A stretch of DNA of 64,000 bases from Anaeramoeba ignava BMAN. Lineage: Eukaryota; Protista; Anaeramoebae. The notes under the pieces are model-generated. The model did no database searches and was not told where the DNA came from. It saw only the letters and a program-made list of their open reading frames with translations. Each line of letters starts with the position of its first letter. Within the stretch, counting starts at the first letter, position 1. The stretch covers positions 200,611-264,610 of the forward strand of contig JAPDFW010000094.1 in NCBI GenBank assembly GCA_028826165.1, written 5' to 3'. Below, one piece after another: positions 1 to 11,841 of this stretch. A program made the position numbers and the translations under genes.

Positions 1-3000
1 AACAAAGAATCTCTACCGACATAAAGACCTTCAAAAGATCTATTTTCGATATTTTTAAACCAACGATTTGGGATCCAAGAAGATCCATATAACGAACCAA
101 TCAACGCACCGAGAATAGCAGCAACAGTATCAGCATCGCCGCCCAATATAACGATTTCTTCGAGAGCTTGCTCGGGATTTTTACCGAATTTTCCCATGAT
201 ATAACAAACAGAAGCAAGAGCATCTGCTGTGCGAATTTGGAACGTTTTACCGAATTCATTAGGTTCTGTAACAAGTTCCACTACTTGAAGTGGAGTCATT
301 TCCTTATGCAAACATTCCAAAACAACTTCAAGTCTTTTTTTGATGAGCTCAACCTTCGACATATTGATTAGTTCATTGATCCATTGATCCGCATCAAAAT
401 CTTTTGGATTCATCTTTGTAAATTTTGCTATTGAAAATGCTTGTAGAAATGTCCCTTCAATTGCTTCAGGATGCACGTGTGTAGGAAGAAGCGCCAATCG
501 CACTGCTTCGTGCATTACTTCTTGGCTTGCATTTCGAAAACTAAATCCAATTGGTGATATTCTCATTAATCCCCCATTTGCATATGAACCTTCAGGAAAA
601 ATCATTGTTCCTGATTCTCGATAGTCTATTTCTCCTTGGGATATTTTGCGAAGGATTTTGGAAACTGATGGTCCATATCCTCTTTGTGGACGAGAATCAA
701 AATATCGACCTTTTATTTTATATTTAAATAAATTAAAATATAATTATTTATTTTTGTTTTTAAATTTTTACCATAAGTTTTTGCTAAATGTTCAGCATTT
801 AATCCTTGATTTTTAATTAAACTATCACAAACAGCAAGTGTCATTTCAGTATCATCTGTATATTGACCACTAAAATAAATTCAAATTAAATAAATTCAAT
901 TAAATAAATTCAATCAAATAAATTCAATTAAATAAATTCAATTAAATAAATTCAATTAAATAAATTCAATTAAATAAATTCAATTAAATAAATTCAATTA
1001 AATAAATTCAATTAAATAAATTCAAATTAAATAAATCCAAATTAAATAAATTCAAATAAATAAATTCAAATAAATAAATTCAAATAAATAAATCCAAATA
1101 AATAAATTCAATTAAATAAATTCAATTTAAATAAATTCAATTAAATAAATCAAAATTAAATAAATTCAATCAAATAATCCAATTTAAATAAATTCAATTT
1201 AAATAAATTCAAATTAAATAAATCCAAATTAAATAAATTCAATTAAATAAATTCAAATTAAATAAATCCATTTAAATAAATTCAATTAAATAAATCCAAA
1301 TAAATAAATTCAAATTAATAAATTCAAAATTAAATAAATTCAATTAAATAAATTCAATTAAATAAATTCAATTAAATAAATCAAAATTAAATAAATCCAA
1401 TTTAATAATCCAAATTAAATAAATTCAATTAAATAAATCCAATTAAATAAATCCAATTAAATAAATCCAAATTAAATAAATTCAATTTAATAAATTCAAT
1501 TTAATAAATTCAATTAAATAATCAAAATTAAATAAATTCAATTTAAATAAATTCAAAATTAAATAAATTCAATTAAATTCAATCAAATAATCAAAAATTA
1601 AATAAATTCAAATAAATAATCAAAATTAAATAAATTCAAATTAAATAAATTCAATTAAATAATTCAAATTAAATAAATTCAAATTAAATAAATTCAATTT
1701 AAATAAATTCAATTAAATAAATTCAATTTAAATAAATCAAAATTAAATAAATCCAATTAAATAATCCAAATTAAATAAATTCAATTAAATAAATTCAAAT
1801 AAATAAATTCAAAATAAATAAATTCAATTTAATAAATTCTATTAAATAAATTCAATTAAATAAATCCAAATTAAATAAATCCAAATTAAATAAATTCAAT
1901 TAAATAAATTCAATTAAATAAATTCAAATTAAATAAATTCAATTTAAATAAATTCAATTAAATAAATCCAAATTAAATAATTCAATTTAAATAAATTTTA
2001 ATAAATTCAATTTAATAAATTCAAATAAATAAATTCAATTAAATAAATCCAAATTGAAAATTCAATTTAATAAATTCAATTTAAAATAAATTCAAATTAA
2101 ATAAATCCAAATTAAATTCCAAATTATTTCCAATTAAATAAAATTCAATTAAATAAATAAAATTCAAATTAAATAAATCCAAATTCAATTAAATAAATCC
2201 AAATTAAATAAATTCAAATTAAATAAATTCAATTAAATAATCCAAATTAAATAAATCCAATTAAATAAATTCAATTAAATAAATTCAATTAAATAAATTC
2301 AAATTAAATAAATCCAATTAAATAAATTCAATTAATTAAATTCAATTAAATAAATCAAAATTAAATAAATCAAAATTAAATAAATTCAATTAAATAAATT
2401 CAAATAAATAAATCAAAATTAAATAATCAAAATTAAATAATCAAAATTAAATAAATTCAATTAAATAAATTCAAATTAAATAAATCAAAAATTAAATAAT
2501 CAAAAATTAAATAATCAAAATTAAATAAATTCAATTTAATAATCCAAATAAATAAATTAAATTAAATAAATTCAATTAAATAAATTCAATCAAATAATCA
2601 AAATTAAATAAATTCAATTTAATAATCCAATTTAATAATCCAAATTAAATAAATCCAATTTAATAATCCAAAATTAAATAAATTCAATTTAATAATCAAA
2701 ATTAAATAAATTCAATTAAATAAATTCAAATTAAATAAATCCAAATTAAATAAATTCAATTTTAAATAAATTCAATTAAATAAATTCAATTAAATAAATT
2801 CAATTAAATAAATTCAATTAAATAAATTCAATAAATTCAATTAAATAAATTCAATTAAATAAATTCAAAAATTAAAAAATTAAATTTAAATAAATTCAAT
2901 TTAATAAATCCAAATTAAATAAATCCAAATTAAATAAATTCAATCAAATAATCAAAATTAAATAAATTCAAATAAATAAATCCAATTTAATAAATTCAAA

Positions 3001-3579
3001 TTAAATAAATTCAATTAAATAAATCAAATTAAATAAATCCAATTAAATAAATCAAAATTAAATAAATCCAATTAAATAAATCCAATTAAATAAATTCAAT
3101 TAAATAAATTCAATTAAATAATCAAAATTAATAAATTCAAATAAATAAATTCAAATAAATAAATTCAAATTAATAAATTCAATTTAATAAATTCAAATAA
3201 ATAAATTCAAATAAATAAATTCAAATTAATAAATTCAATTTAATAAATTCAATTAAATAAATTCAATTAAATAAATCCAAATTAAATAAATTCAATTAAA
3301 TAAATTCAATTAAATAAATTCAATTAAATAAATTCAATCAAATAAATTCTGTTAAAAAATATTTTACAATCTTCTTTCATTTGAATCTAAAAAACTGTGT
3401 ACTCTTTTATATTTTTTTTGTAATTTCTTTGGTTTGCTAAATTCACAATTTGCTCCTAAAATATCTCCACAACAACAACCTAATAACATTCCAAGACATC
3501 TATCAGTTATTTCATCTTCAGAAAGTTTGTCAATTAATGTTTCATCTTCTAAAGGTGGTAAAATTTTTGATAAAGCCAT
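1..3579 (-). CDS. ADP-ribosylglycohydrolase (ARH3/DraG family), 3 exons visible, 3' end runs off the window
   Basis: Exons 3579-3368, 869-772 and 709-<1 join in frame at GT-AG sites. Family motifs: GMLLGCCCGDILG, FGQYTDDTEM, RGYG, GSYANGGLMRISP, THVHP, GGDADT. Confidence 0.9.
870..3367 (-). repeat. 2.5-kb intron filled with a degenerate ~15-nt tandem repeat (AATTAAATAAATTC-like on + strand)
   Basis: Seen directly; bounded by GT (3367-3366) and AG (871-870). Confidence 0.9.
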
Positions 3580-3693
3580 TTTTAATTTTAATTTTAATTT
3601 TAAATTTTAATTTTAATTTTAATTTTAATTTAAATTTTGATTGAAAAAATGAAAATTAAAATTTCGTAAAAAATTTTTTATTAATTTTAATTT

Positions 3694-6359
3694 TTATTTG
3701 CGTTGATTTTCTATTGAACGAGAATAATAAAATCTTTCTTGTAACTTCCCAAACAGTTCAAAAGCTTGAGTAAAAGGGAGATTTTTCTGTTCAAAAATAA
3801 CAAAAATCATGCAAGTTTCTGATCTTCCAGCAAAAATCCAATATTCTTGACTTTGTAAAATAATTTCTTTTGGTGATGGATTTCGATTATTGAAATCTTT
3901 AAACAATGAAAGAATATAACGAATATTTTTCTTTGAGAAATGGGAACGATTTTTAACGGAAAAAAACTGTTTCATGTTAGTTAAAGGAGACCAAAAAAAG
4001 ATGATCGGATTAAGTGGGAACTCCTCATGTTTTTGCAAAGATAAATCCCCAATATTGATCCCAATAGTAAAGATCTCGTTTGCAATCATCATCTCCAATT
4101 TCTGATAAAAAGAAACATCGATCGAAACTTGAGGATCGACAATGAAGACAATGATAATTTTATAGACTTGGTAAATAACCAAACTGTTTTCTTTTTCCTC
4201 TTTCCCAGTAAAAACCCTGATTGTGTTGAACGCAGTATTTGGATCCTGAATATTTTCCGGTCCCATGACAAATCTCGGCAATTTATTCCACGATACATTT
4301 CCCTTATTGGCTTTGGAAACTGTCTGATTCTCTGGCAATTTGCTGTCAGTTTGGAAAGAATCAAAATTATAAATTAAACTTTTCATTTTTTGCTCATTGA
4401 AACTTTGAGAATTCTTCATTTTGTGCAATTTTCCTTGGTTTTTAGAAGAAGTAATGTCTTTTTGGCTTTGGGTTTTATGTTGAGAAATGAAAGAGGTTTC
4501 TTTGTTTTCTTTGAAGTTATTTTGAATATTTAAATTTGAATGTTTTGTTGATTTGACTTGAACTTTTGTTAAAAAATTTTCAAATTCTTGATCTTGTTTA
4601 TCCTCTTCATTTGAACCCATTTTAACTGAAAACAATTTCTTTGATAAAAATTCTGTTAATAAAATTGTTTGTTTTTCGTTTAAAGAACTCCATAAAAGTT
4701 GATCTTTATAATAAAAGAGTGAATATTTAATACTTGGAAGATTTAATTCTATTTGATTTAAAAAGCATTGAACTCGAAGGAAAATTTTTGGGTTTAAAGA
4801 AAGATAAGGGATTCCTATATTTAATATAAATTTGAATTAAATTGGATATTGATTTAAATATTAATTTAAATATTGATTTAAATATTTGATTTAAATATTA
4901 ATTTAAATATTAAATATTAATTTGAATATTAATTTAAATATTAGATTTAAATATTAGATTTAAATATTTGATTTAAATATTTGATTTAAATATTTGATTT
5001 AAATATTTGATTTAAATATTTGATTTAAATATTTGATTTAAATATTAATTTAAATATTAATTTAAATATTAATTTAATTATTAATTTAAATATTAATTTA
5101 AATATTAGTTTAAATATTGATATAAATTTGAATTAAATTTGAATATTAATTTAAATATTAATTTAAATATTAATTTAATTTAAATATTTGATTTGAATTG
5201 CATTTGGAAATGTTTTCAAAAATACCATCAAAAACAACATTTATTGAATTATTTATATTTGATTGTGAATAATCAATTGATGTTAAATAATTTGGCATAA
5301 ATAAATCAAGTTTATTTTGTAAAGTTCTTAAAGAAAATCGTTCTAAAATTCTTTTAAATGATCCATGAAAAAAACAAAACATTTCATAAGCTTGAGTAAG
5401 TATTTTTTGTAATACAGAATTATTTTGCATTTTTTTGTCTATATTTGAATTTATATTTGCTTGATTTTTAGATTGAATTGATGGATTCGTTGTGACCTTT
5501 TGAATTTTTTTTTAAATTTAATTATTTTTCATATTAAATTGTTTTTCAAATTTAAATTGTTTTTAAATTTAATTGTTTTTCATTTTAAATTGGTTTCAAA
5601 TTAAATTATTTCCAAATTAAATTGTTTTTAAATTTAAATTCTTTTTGAAATTGAATTGATTTTGAATTTGAATTGTTTTTGAATTTAAATTATTTTTCAA
5701 TTAAATTGCTTTCCAAATTAAATTGTTTTTCAATTTAAATTGTTTTTGAAATTTAATTATTTTTCATATTAAATTGTTTTTCAATTTAAATTGGTTTTGA
5801 ATTAAATTCTTTTTGAATTGTTTTCCAAATTAAATTGTTTTTGAATTATTTTTCATATTAATTTCAAATTAAATTATTTCCAATTTAAATTCTTTTCCAA
5901 ATTAAATTCTTTTTCAAATTAAATTGGTTTTGAATTCTTTTTCAATTTATAATTACAAGAATCATCCAAAAATTTGGTTCACATTGAAATAAATTAAATC
6001 TTTGCTTTTGTAAATGAACAGATAATCGATTTCTTTTTTGTTCAAAAGTTCTTATCAAAAAAAATAAAAATAAAAATATAAATAAATAAAATAAAATCAA
6101 ATAAAATCATTTCGATAAAATAAACAAAAAAATCAAATCAAAAGAAATAAAATCTTGACAAACAAATTCTGTAAATAATAATTTACTGTGTAAATGTTAT
6201 TAATCCTTCTGCAAAACCAATTAAAGATAATTTTTTTTGAATATGAAATTCACTTGGAAAAAAGTGGATTATTTTTGATATTTCGGATTTTTGTGATTCT
6301 TGTAAAGAAGGATTAAAAACAGCAAAAGAAAATAATTGAGGAGAAATTATATAATTCAT
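3694..6359 (-). CDS. CCZ1: CCZ1 (Mon1-Ccz1 Rab7 GEF subunit, longin domains), 4 exons
   Basis: Exons 6359-6187, 6050-5957, 5496-5226 and 4814-3694 are phase-compatible. FAVFNPSL...KIIHFFP...LIGFAEGLITFTQTF, CEPNFWMIL, AYEMFCFFHGSF and GIPYLSLNPKIFLRVQ match CCZ1. Confidence 0.85.
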
Positions 6360-6552
6360 TTTAAAATTAAATATAAAAAAATAAATCAAAAAAATAAATG
6401 AAAAAAATAAAATGAAAAAAAAAATGAAATTTTGTTTTATTTAAAAAAAAGAAAATTGAAAAAAAAATTTATTTTGTTCTGTTTGTCAAAAAAATAAACT
6501 CTTCTTGTCTTTATTTTTTCTGAATCTTGTTATTTTTTCTGTTTAATTTTTT

Positions 6553-6920
6553 TTAACCGAAAAATATTTTCTTCATAAAATGAATAACCAAAATAAACAG
6601 AACAAAAGCTCCAAAAACTGTTAAAACCATTTGCGGTGAGAGTGGAATTCCTATTGTAGAAAGACTTGAATTCTCAGAATAAATTCCAAAATGACTTGAA
6701 CCTCTTCCAAGTGAAGATTTTGATTTTATACTGAATTTTTATTATTTTAATAAAAAATTTTTTTTTAATTTATTTTCTTTTATTAATTTCTTTTATTTAT
6801 TTATTTACCTTTTTCCTTTTCCTGACTAAATTTTAATTTTGAATTGTTTTATTAAAAATTAAAATTTAAATTAAATTAATAAATTAGATTTTAAATCATT
6901 TATAATTAAAATAATACCAT
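6553..6920 (-). CDS. SEC61B: Sec61 beta subunit (65 aa), 3 exons, not in ORF track
   Basis: Exons 6920-6918 (ATG only), 6825-6809 (17 nt) and 6730-6553 give MSGKGKSIKSKSSLGRGSSHFGIYSENSSLSTIGIPLSPQMVLTVFGAFVLFILVIHFMKKIFFG. The Y-S-E-x-S..P..VL....F...V..LH pattern and C-terminal TM helix fit Sec61beta. Confidence 0.75.
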
Positions 6921-6964
6921 TTTAAAAAAAAATGAAAAATGAAAAATGAAAAAATGAAAAAATA

Positions 6965-7910
6965 TTTTTGGATTTATTTTAATATTTATTTTAAGATTTA
7001 TTTTAAGATTTATTTTAAGATTATTTTAATATTTATTTTAATATTTATTTTAAGATTGATTTTAAGATTTATTTTAAGATTGATTTTTAAGATTTATTTT
7101 AAAGATTTATTTTAAGATTTATTTTAAGATTTATTTTAAGATTTATTTTAAGATTTATTTTAAGATTGATTTTAAGATTTATTTTAATATTTATTTTAAG
7201 ATTTATTTTAATATTTATTTTAAGATTTATTTTAAGATTTATTTTAAGATTGATTGATTGATTGATTAATTGATTGATTTTAATGATTGATTGATTAATT
7301 GATTAATTGATTGATTGATTGATTAATTGATTGATTGATTGATTAATTAATTGATTGATTGATTGATTGATTTTAATAATGGATTGTTATTGGTGATTGA
7401 TTAATTGATTGATTGGTAATTGGTAATTGGATTAATTGGTGATTTTGGTAATTGGTAATTGGGTAATTAATTGATTGGTAATTAGTAGTGGTAATTAGTG
7501 GTAATAATTAATAATTATTATTTTATTATTAGTGGTAATTGGTAATTGGAAATTGGTAATTGGTAATTGGTAATTAATTGATTTATTAATTATTGGTAAT
7601 TGTAACCCAATAATTATTGGTAATTGGTAATTGGTAGTAATTAATGGTAATTGGTAATTGATTAATTGGTAATGGTAATTGGTATTATTTGATTAATTAA
7701 TTAATAAATTATTGAGTTTTTAATTAATTGGTGATTATTTTGACAATTTGATGGTAATTTGGTAATTGGTTGATTGATTGATTTTAATTAGTGATTATTG
7801 ATTGGTGATTAATTAGTAATTGATTGATTAATTGGATTGGTTGATTGATTAATTGATTAATTGATTGATTGATTGGATTGATTAATTGATTGATTGGAAT
7901 TTTAAGATTG
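6965..7910. repeat. Compound intergenic simple repeat: (AGATTTATTTTA)n, (GATT)n, (GGTAATT)n
   Basis: Seen directly; the central part is heterogeneous. Confidence 0.85.
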
Positions 7911-7957
7911 ATTGTTTGTTTGTCATCTTTTTAAAAAATTTGTGATTTTTGAGGTTT

Positions 7958-9931
7958 TTAAAAAATTAAACATTTTTCTTTCTTTTGATTTTGATTATTA
8001 AATTTTTTAATTAATAAATCAAATAAATTTGGATTTGTTTGATTTAATTGAAAATAATCAATTCCAATTTCAATTTCTTCAATTATTTCTTGTGTAATTT
8101 GAATTTCTTCTTTAATTTGATTTGAATAAATCCAATATTCAAATATTTGAAATGATTTATTACTTAATTCACTATAATCTGTAACTTTATTAGAAGTATC
8201 ATTTGTTACAGATAAAAACATTCCTCGATATAATTCACTTCTCATTATTAATATTAATTTAGGAAATTTATATTGTTTTTCTTTTCTTTCAATTATAAAA
8301 TCTTTTTCATTTTCATTTTTATTTAAATAAATTCTTTTCATTGTTTCTTCAATTTTTTCATTGTAATTTATAATTTCTTTAATTTCAGAATATAATTTTG
8401 GATTTATTTTGGAATTATTTGAATAAATCATTTCAAATATTTGATTTGATTCTTTAATTGATTTATTTGAAATAATTTCTTGAAGTTTTTCAATTTCATT
8501 TTGATTTTGATTTAATCTATATTTCAATATTAATTTATGAGCTTCAATTATTTCTCCATTTTTGGTTTTAAATGAAATATCACAAAATTCTTTTCTTTCA
8601 AATAATTTTATCAAATCTTCTTCAAGATTGGAAAAATAAGGAGGAGAATAATAAAGGAATGATCTTTTATATCCACAATAAATATGATAATTAGAAATAT
8701 ATTCATTAAATCTTAATTTAGGAAGTTCAATCTGAGATAGAATTAATTGATCTTTTATATTTCCAGTTCCTAATTGACCATATTCATTATCTCCGAATAT
8801 AATCATTTTTCTTTTGGAAGTTAAAATTAAATTATGATTAGTTCCAACAGAAAAATCAAGAATATTATCATCATTTTCAAATAAAGATGATTTGATTTCA
8901 GTAAATTCACAAGTATCTTTGTTAAGTAGATTATATTGATAATTTCCACACGAATAAAGTGTTCTTTTTGGATTTTGATTTTGATTTTGATTTTTATTTT
9001 GATTTTTATTTTGATTTTGATTTTGATTTTGATTTTGATTTTGATTTTGATTTTGATTTTGATTTTGATTTTGATTTTGATTTTGATTTTTATTTTGATT
9101 TTGATTTTGATTTTGATTTTGATTTTGATTTTGATTTTGAATTTCATTTTCAATCAACATTATTGAATGCCAATTTCCACATTGAATATCAATTATTTTG
9201 CCTTTTGGAATATTTTGGATTTTGGTTGATTTATCGATTTTTTCTTCTTTTCTTGATTCTCCTAATCCAAGTTGTCCAAATCGATTATCACCGCATCCAA
9301 ATAATTCTTGATTTGAATTTAAAAGAAAAACATGTTTTGAATTACTTTTTGAAAATATTTTAGAAACATTTTTCATCATTAAAATTGGTTTTTCTGTTTT
9401 ATAAAGTGTTTCAGAATCAAAACCAAGTTGACCATAATCATTTGAACCAATTCCATAAGCATTTTGATTTGAAGTTAATAAATAAATTGATTGATATCCG
9501 GAAACAATATCTTGAATTATTCTATCATTTGTATCTTCAATTAATGATGAAATATTGATAAATTCATTTGGATTATCTGGATTAATATCAATTCCTTTGG
9601 CAAATACATTTCCTTCTATTGCTAAAATAGCTTCATTTCGATAACCAACAGTTACTTTTTGAATATTTTCTTCAATTTGGATTTTTTCAGGATTTTGTTT
9701 TGAATCATTTTCACTTAAATATTCTATTGCTTTTCCATTTTCAAAAAGGAAAATTGTTGAAAATCTTCCTGATGAAATTTGTTTAATTTGTTTTTCATTT
9801 TCATTTTCATTTTCAAATTTAAATTGAATTGGTTTTGTTATTTTATCTGGTTTATTTTTGAAAAGAATTGGATATTGATTTTGACCAACAAACCAAATAT
9901 CATTCATATTCATCTTTTTTTTATTTTTCAT
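7958..9931 (-). CDS. RCC1-repeat + tandem BTB protein, paralogue A, with (NQ)n insert and C-terminal CaaX-like CLIF
   Basis: Intronless 657-aa ORF. RCC1 repeats GSNDYGQLG, GDNRFGQLGLG, GDNEYGQLGTG; BTB motifs FCDISF...AHKLIL and RSELYRGMF. Confidence 0.9.
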   Translation of the reverse strand: MKNKKKMNMNDIWFVGQNQYPILFKNKPDKITKPIQFKFENENENEKQIKQISSGRFSTIFLFENGKAIEYLSENDSKQNPEKIQIEENIQKVTVGYRNEAILAIEGNVFAKGIDINPDNPNEFINISSLIEDTNDRIIQDIVSGYQSIYLLTSNQNAYGIGSNDYGQLGFDSETLYKTEKPILMMKNVSKIFSKSNSKHVFLLNSNQELFGCGDNRFGQLGLGESRKEEKIDKSTKIQNIPKGKIIDIQCGNWHSIMLIENEIQNQNQNQNQNQNQNQNKNQNQNQNQNQNQNQNQNQNQNQNQNQNKNQNKNQNQNQNPKRTLYSCGNYQYNLLNKDTCEFTEIKSSLFENDDNILDFSVGTNHNLILTSKRKMIIFGDNEYGQLGTGNIKDQLILSQIELPKLRFNEYISNYHIYCGYKRSFLYYSPPYFSNLEEDLIKLFERKEFCDISFKTKNGEIIEAHKLILKYRLNQNQNEIEKLQEIISNKSIKESNQIFEMIYSNNSKINPKLYSEIKEIINYNEKIEETMKRIYLNKNENEKDFIIERKEKQYKFPKLILIMRSELYRGMFLSVTNDTSNKVTDYSELSNKSFQIFEYWIYSNQIKEEIQITQEIIEEIEIGIDYFQLNQTNPNLFDLLIKKFNNQNQKKEKCLIF

Positions 9932-9968
9932 TTTATTTTTGAAAAGAAAAAAATGAAAAAAAATAATT

Positions 9969-11747
9969 TTAATTTTGATTATTAAATTTGTTAATTAATA
10001 AATCAAATAAATTTGGATTTGTTTGATTTAATTGAAAATAATCAATTCCAATTTCAATTTCTTCAATAATTTCTTGTGTAATTTTAATTCCTTTTTTGAT
10101 TTGATTTGAATAAATCCAATATTCAAATATTTGAAATGATTTATTACTTAATTCACTATAATCTGTAACTTTATTAGATTTATCATTTGTTACAGATAAA
10201 AACATTCCTCGATATAATTCACTTCTCATTATTAATATTAATTTAGGAAATTTATATTTCTTTTCTTTTCTTTCAATTATAAAATCTTTTTCATTTTCAT
10301 TTAAATAAATCCTTTTCATTGTTTCTTCAATTTTTTCATTTAAATTTATAATTTCTTTAATTTCTAAATATAATTTTGGATTTATTTTGGAATTATTTGA
10401 ATAAATCATTTCAAATATTTGATTTGATTCTTTAATTGATTTTTTTGAAATAATTTCTTGAAGTTTTTCAATTTCATTTTGATTTTGATTTAATCTATAT
10501 TTTAATATTAATTTATGAGCTTCAATTATTTCTCCATTTTCTGTTTTAAATGAAATATCACAAAATTCTTTTCTTTCAAATAATTTTATCAAATCTTCTT
10601 CAAGATTGGAAAAAGAAAGAGGAGAATAATAAAGGAATGAATTCCAGTATCCACAATAAATATGATAATTAGAAATTTCTTCATTAAATCTTAATTCAGG
10701 AGGACGTACTTGAACTGGAATTTTATAATCAAGATAGGGGTAATCAATAATATTAAATTGAGGGAAATAATTCTTGCCAAATTCGATCATTTTTCCATTT
10801 TCTGTTAAAATCAAAGTATGTTCATTTCCAACAGAAACTTCTCGAATATTATCATCATCTTCAAATAAAAATGATTTGAGTTCAGTAAATTCATAAGTAT
10901 CTTTGTAAAATCCATTCGCTTCCTCAAATCCACATGAATAAAGTTTTCTTTTTGGATTTTCATTTTGATTTTCATTTTCAATCAATATTATTGAATGAAT
11001 ATATGTAGTTTGAATATCAATTATTTTGCCTTTTGGAATATTTTGGATTTTGGTTAATTTATGGATTTCTGTTTCTTCTTTTAATGTTTCTCCTAATCCA
11101 AGTTGACCGAAATTATTTCTTCCACAACAAAATAATTCTTGATTTGAATTTAAAAGAAAAACATGATTTGAAGAAATTCCTGAAAATATTTTAGAAACAT
11201 TTTTCATTATTAAAATTGGTTTTTCTGTTTTATTAAGTGTTTCAGAATCAAAACCAAGTTGACCATATTCATTATCACCAATTCCATAAGCATTTTGATT
11301 TGAAGTTAATAAGTAAATTGAATTTCTTGAACAAACAATATCTTGAATTATTCTATCATTTTTATCTTCAATTAATGATGAAATATTGATAAATTGATTT
11401 GTATTATTTGGATTGACATCATTTCCTTTTGCAAATACATTTCCTTCTATTGTTAAAATAGCTTCATTTTGAAAACCAACAGTTACTTTTTGAATATTTT
11501 CAATTTGGATTTTTTCAGGATTTTGTTTTGAATCATTTTCATTTAAGTATTCTATTGCTTTTCCATTTTTAAAAAGGAAAATTGTTGAACAATAACCTGA
11601 TGAAATTTGTTTAATTTGTTTTTCATTTTCATTTTCATTTTCATTTTCATTTTCAAATTTAAATTGAATTGGTTTTGTTATTTCTTTTGGTTTATTTTTG
11701 AAAAGAACTGGAGTTTGATTTTGACCAACAAACCAAATATCATTCAT
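9969..11747 (-). CDS. RCC1-repeat + tandem BTB protein, paralogue B
   Basis: Tandem duplicate of 7958-9931. Start placed at 11747 because the same 5' leader (TTTTCAAAAATAAA-ATG) precedes both paralogues. Confidence 0.88.
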   Translation of the reverse strand: MNDIWFVGQNQTPVLFKNKPKEITKPIQFKFENENENENENEKQIKQISSGYCSTIFLFKNGKAIEYLNENDSKQNPEKIQIENIQKVTVGFQNEAILTIEGNVFAKGNDVNPNNTNQFINISSLIEDKNDRIIQDIVCSRNSIYLLTSNQNAYGIGDNEYGQLGFDSETLNKTEKPILIMKNVSKIFSGISSNHVFLLNSNQELFCCGRNNFGQLGLGETLKEETEIHKLTKIQNIPKGKIIDIQTTYIHSIILIENENQNENPKRKLYSCGFEEANGFYKDTYEFTELKSFLFEDDDNIREVSVGNEHTLILTENGKMIEFGKNYFPQFNIIDYPYLDYKIPVQVRPPELRFNEEISNYHIYCGYWNSFLYYSPLSFSNLEEDLIKLFERKEFCDISFKTENGEIIEAHKLILKYRLNQNQNEIEKLQEIISKKSIKESNQIFEMIYSNNSKINPKLYLEIKEIINLNEKIEETMKRIYLNENEKDFIIERKEKKYKFPKLILIMRSELYRGMFLSVTNDKSNKVTDYSELSNKSFQIFEYWIYSNQIKKGIKITQEIIEEIEIGIDYFQLNQTNPNLFDLLINKFNNQN

Positions 11748-11841
11748 TTTATTTTTGAAAAAGAAAAAAAATAATTTTTCATTTTTCATTTTTCATTTTT
11801 CATTTTTTTCATTTTTCATTTTTTTCATTTCATTTTTAATT

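Noticed and set aside
7250-7910. G-containing (GGTAATT)/(GATT) tract as telomeric repeat or RNA gene
   Set aside because: Internal, irregular and without a constant unit. It looks like a degenerate microsatellite or a poorly polished consensus.
11748-11789. ORF-track N-terminal extensions (also 52049-52264 and 45018-45245)
   Set aside because: Poly-F/K translations of T/A-rich promoter DNA. The downstream ATGs fit paralogue or leader context better.
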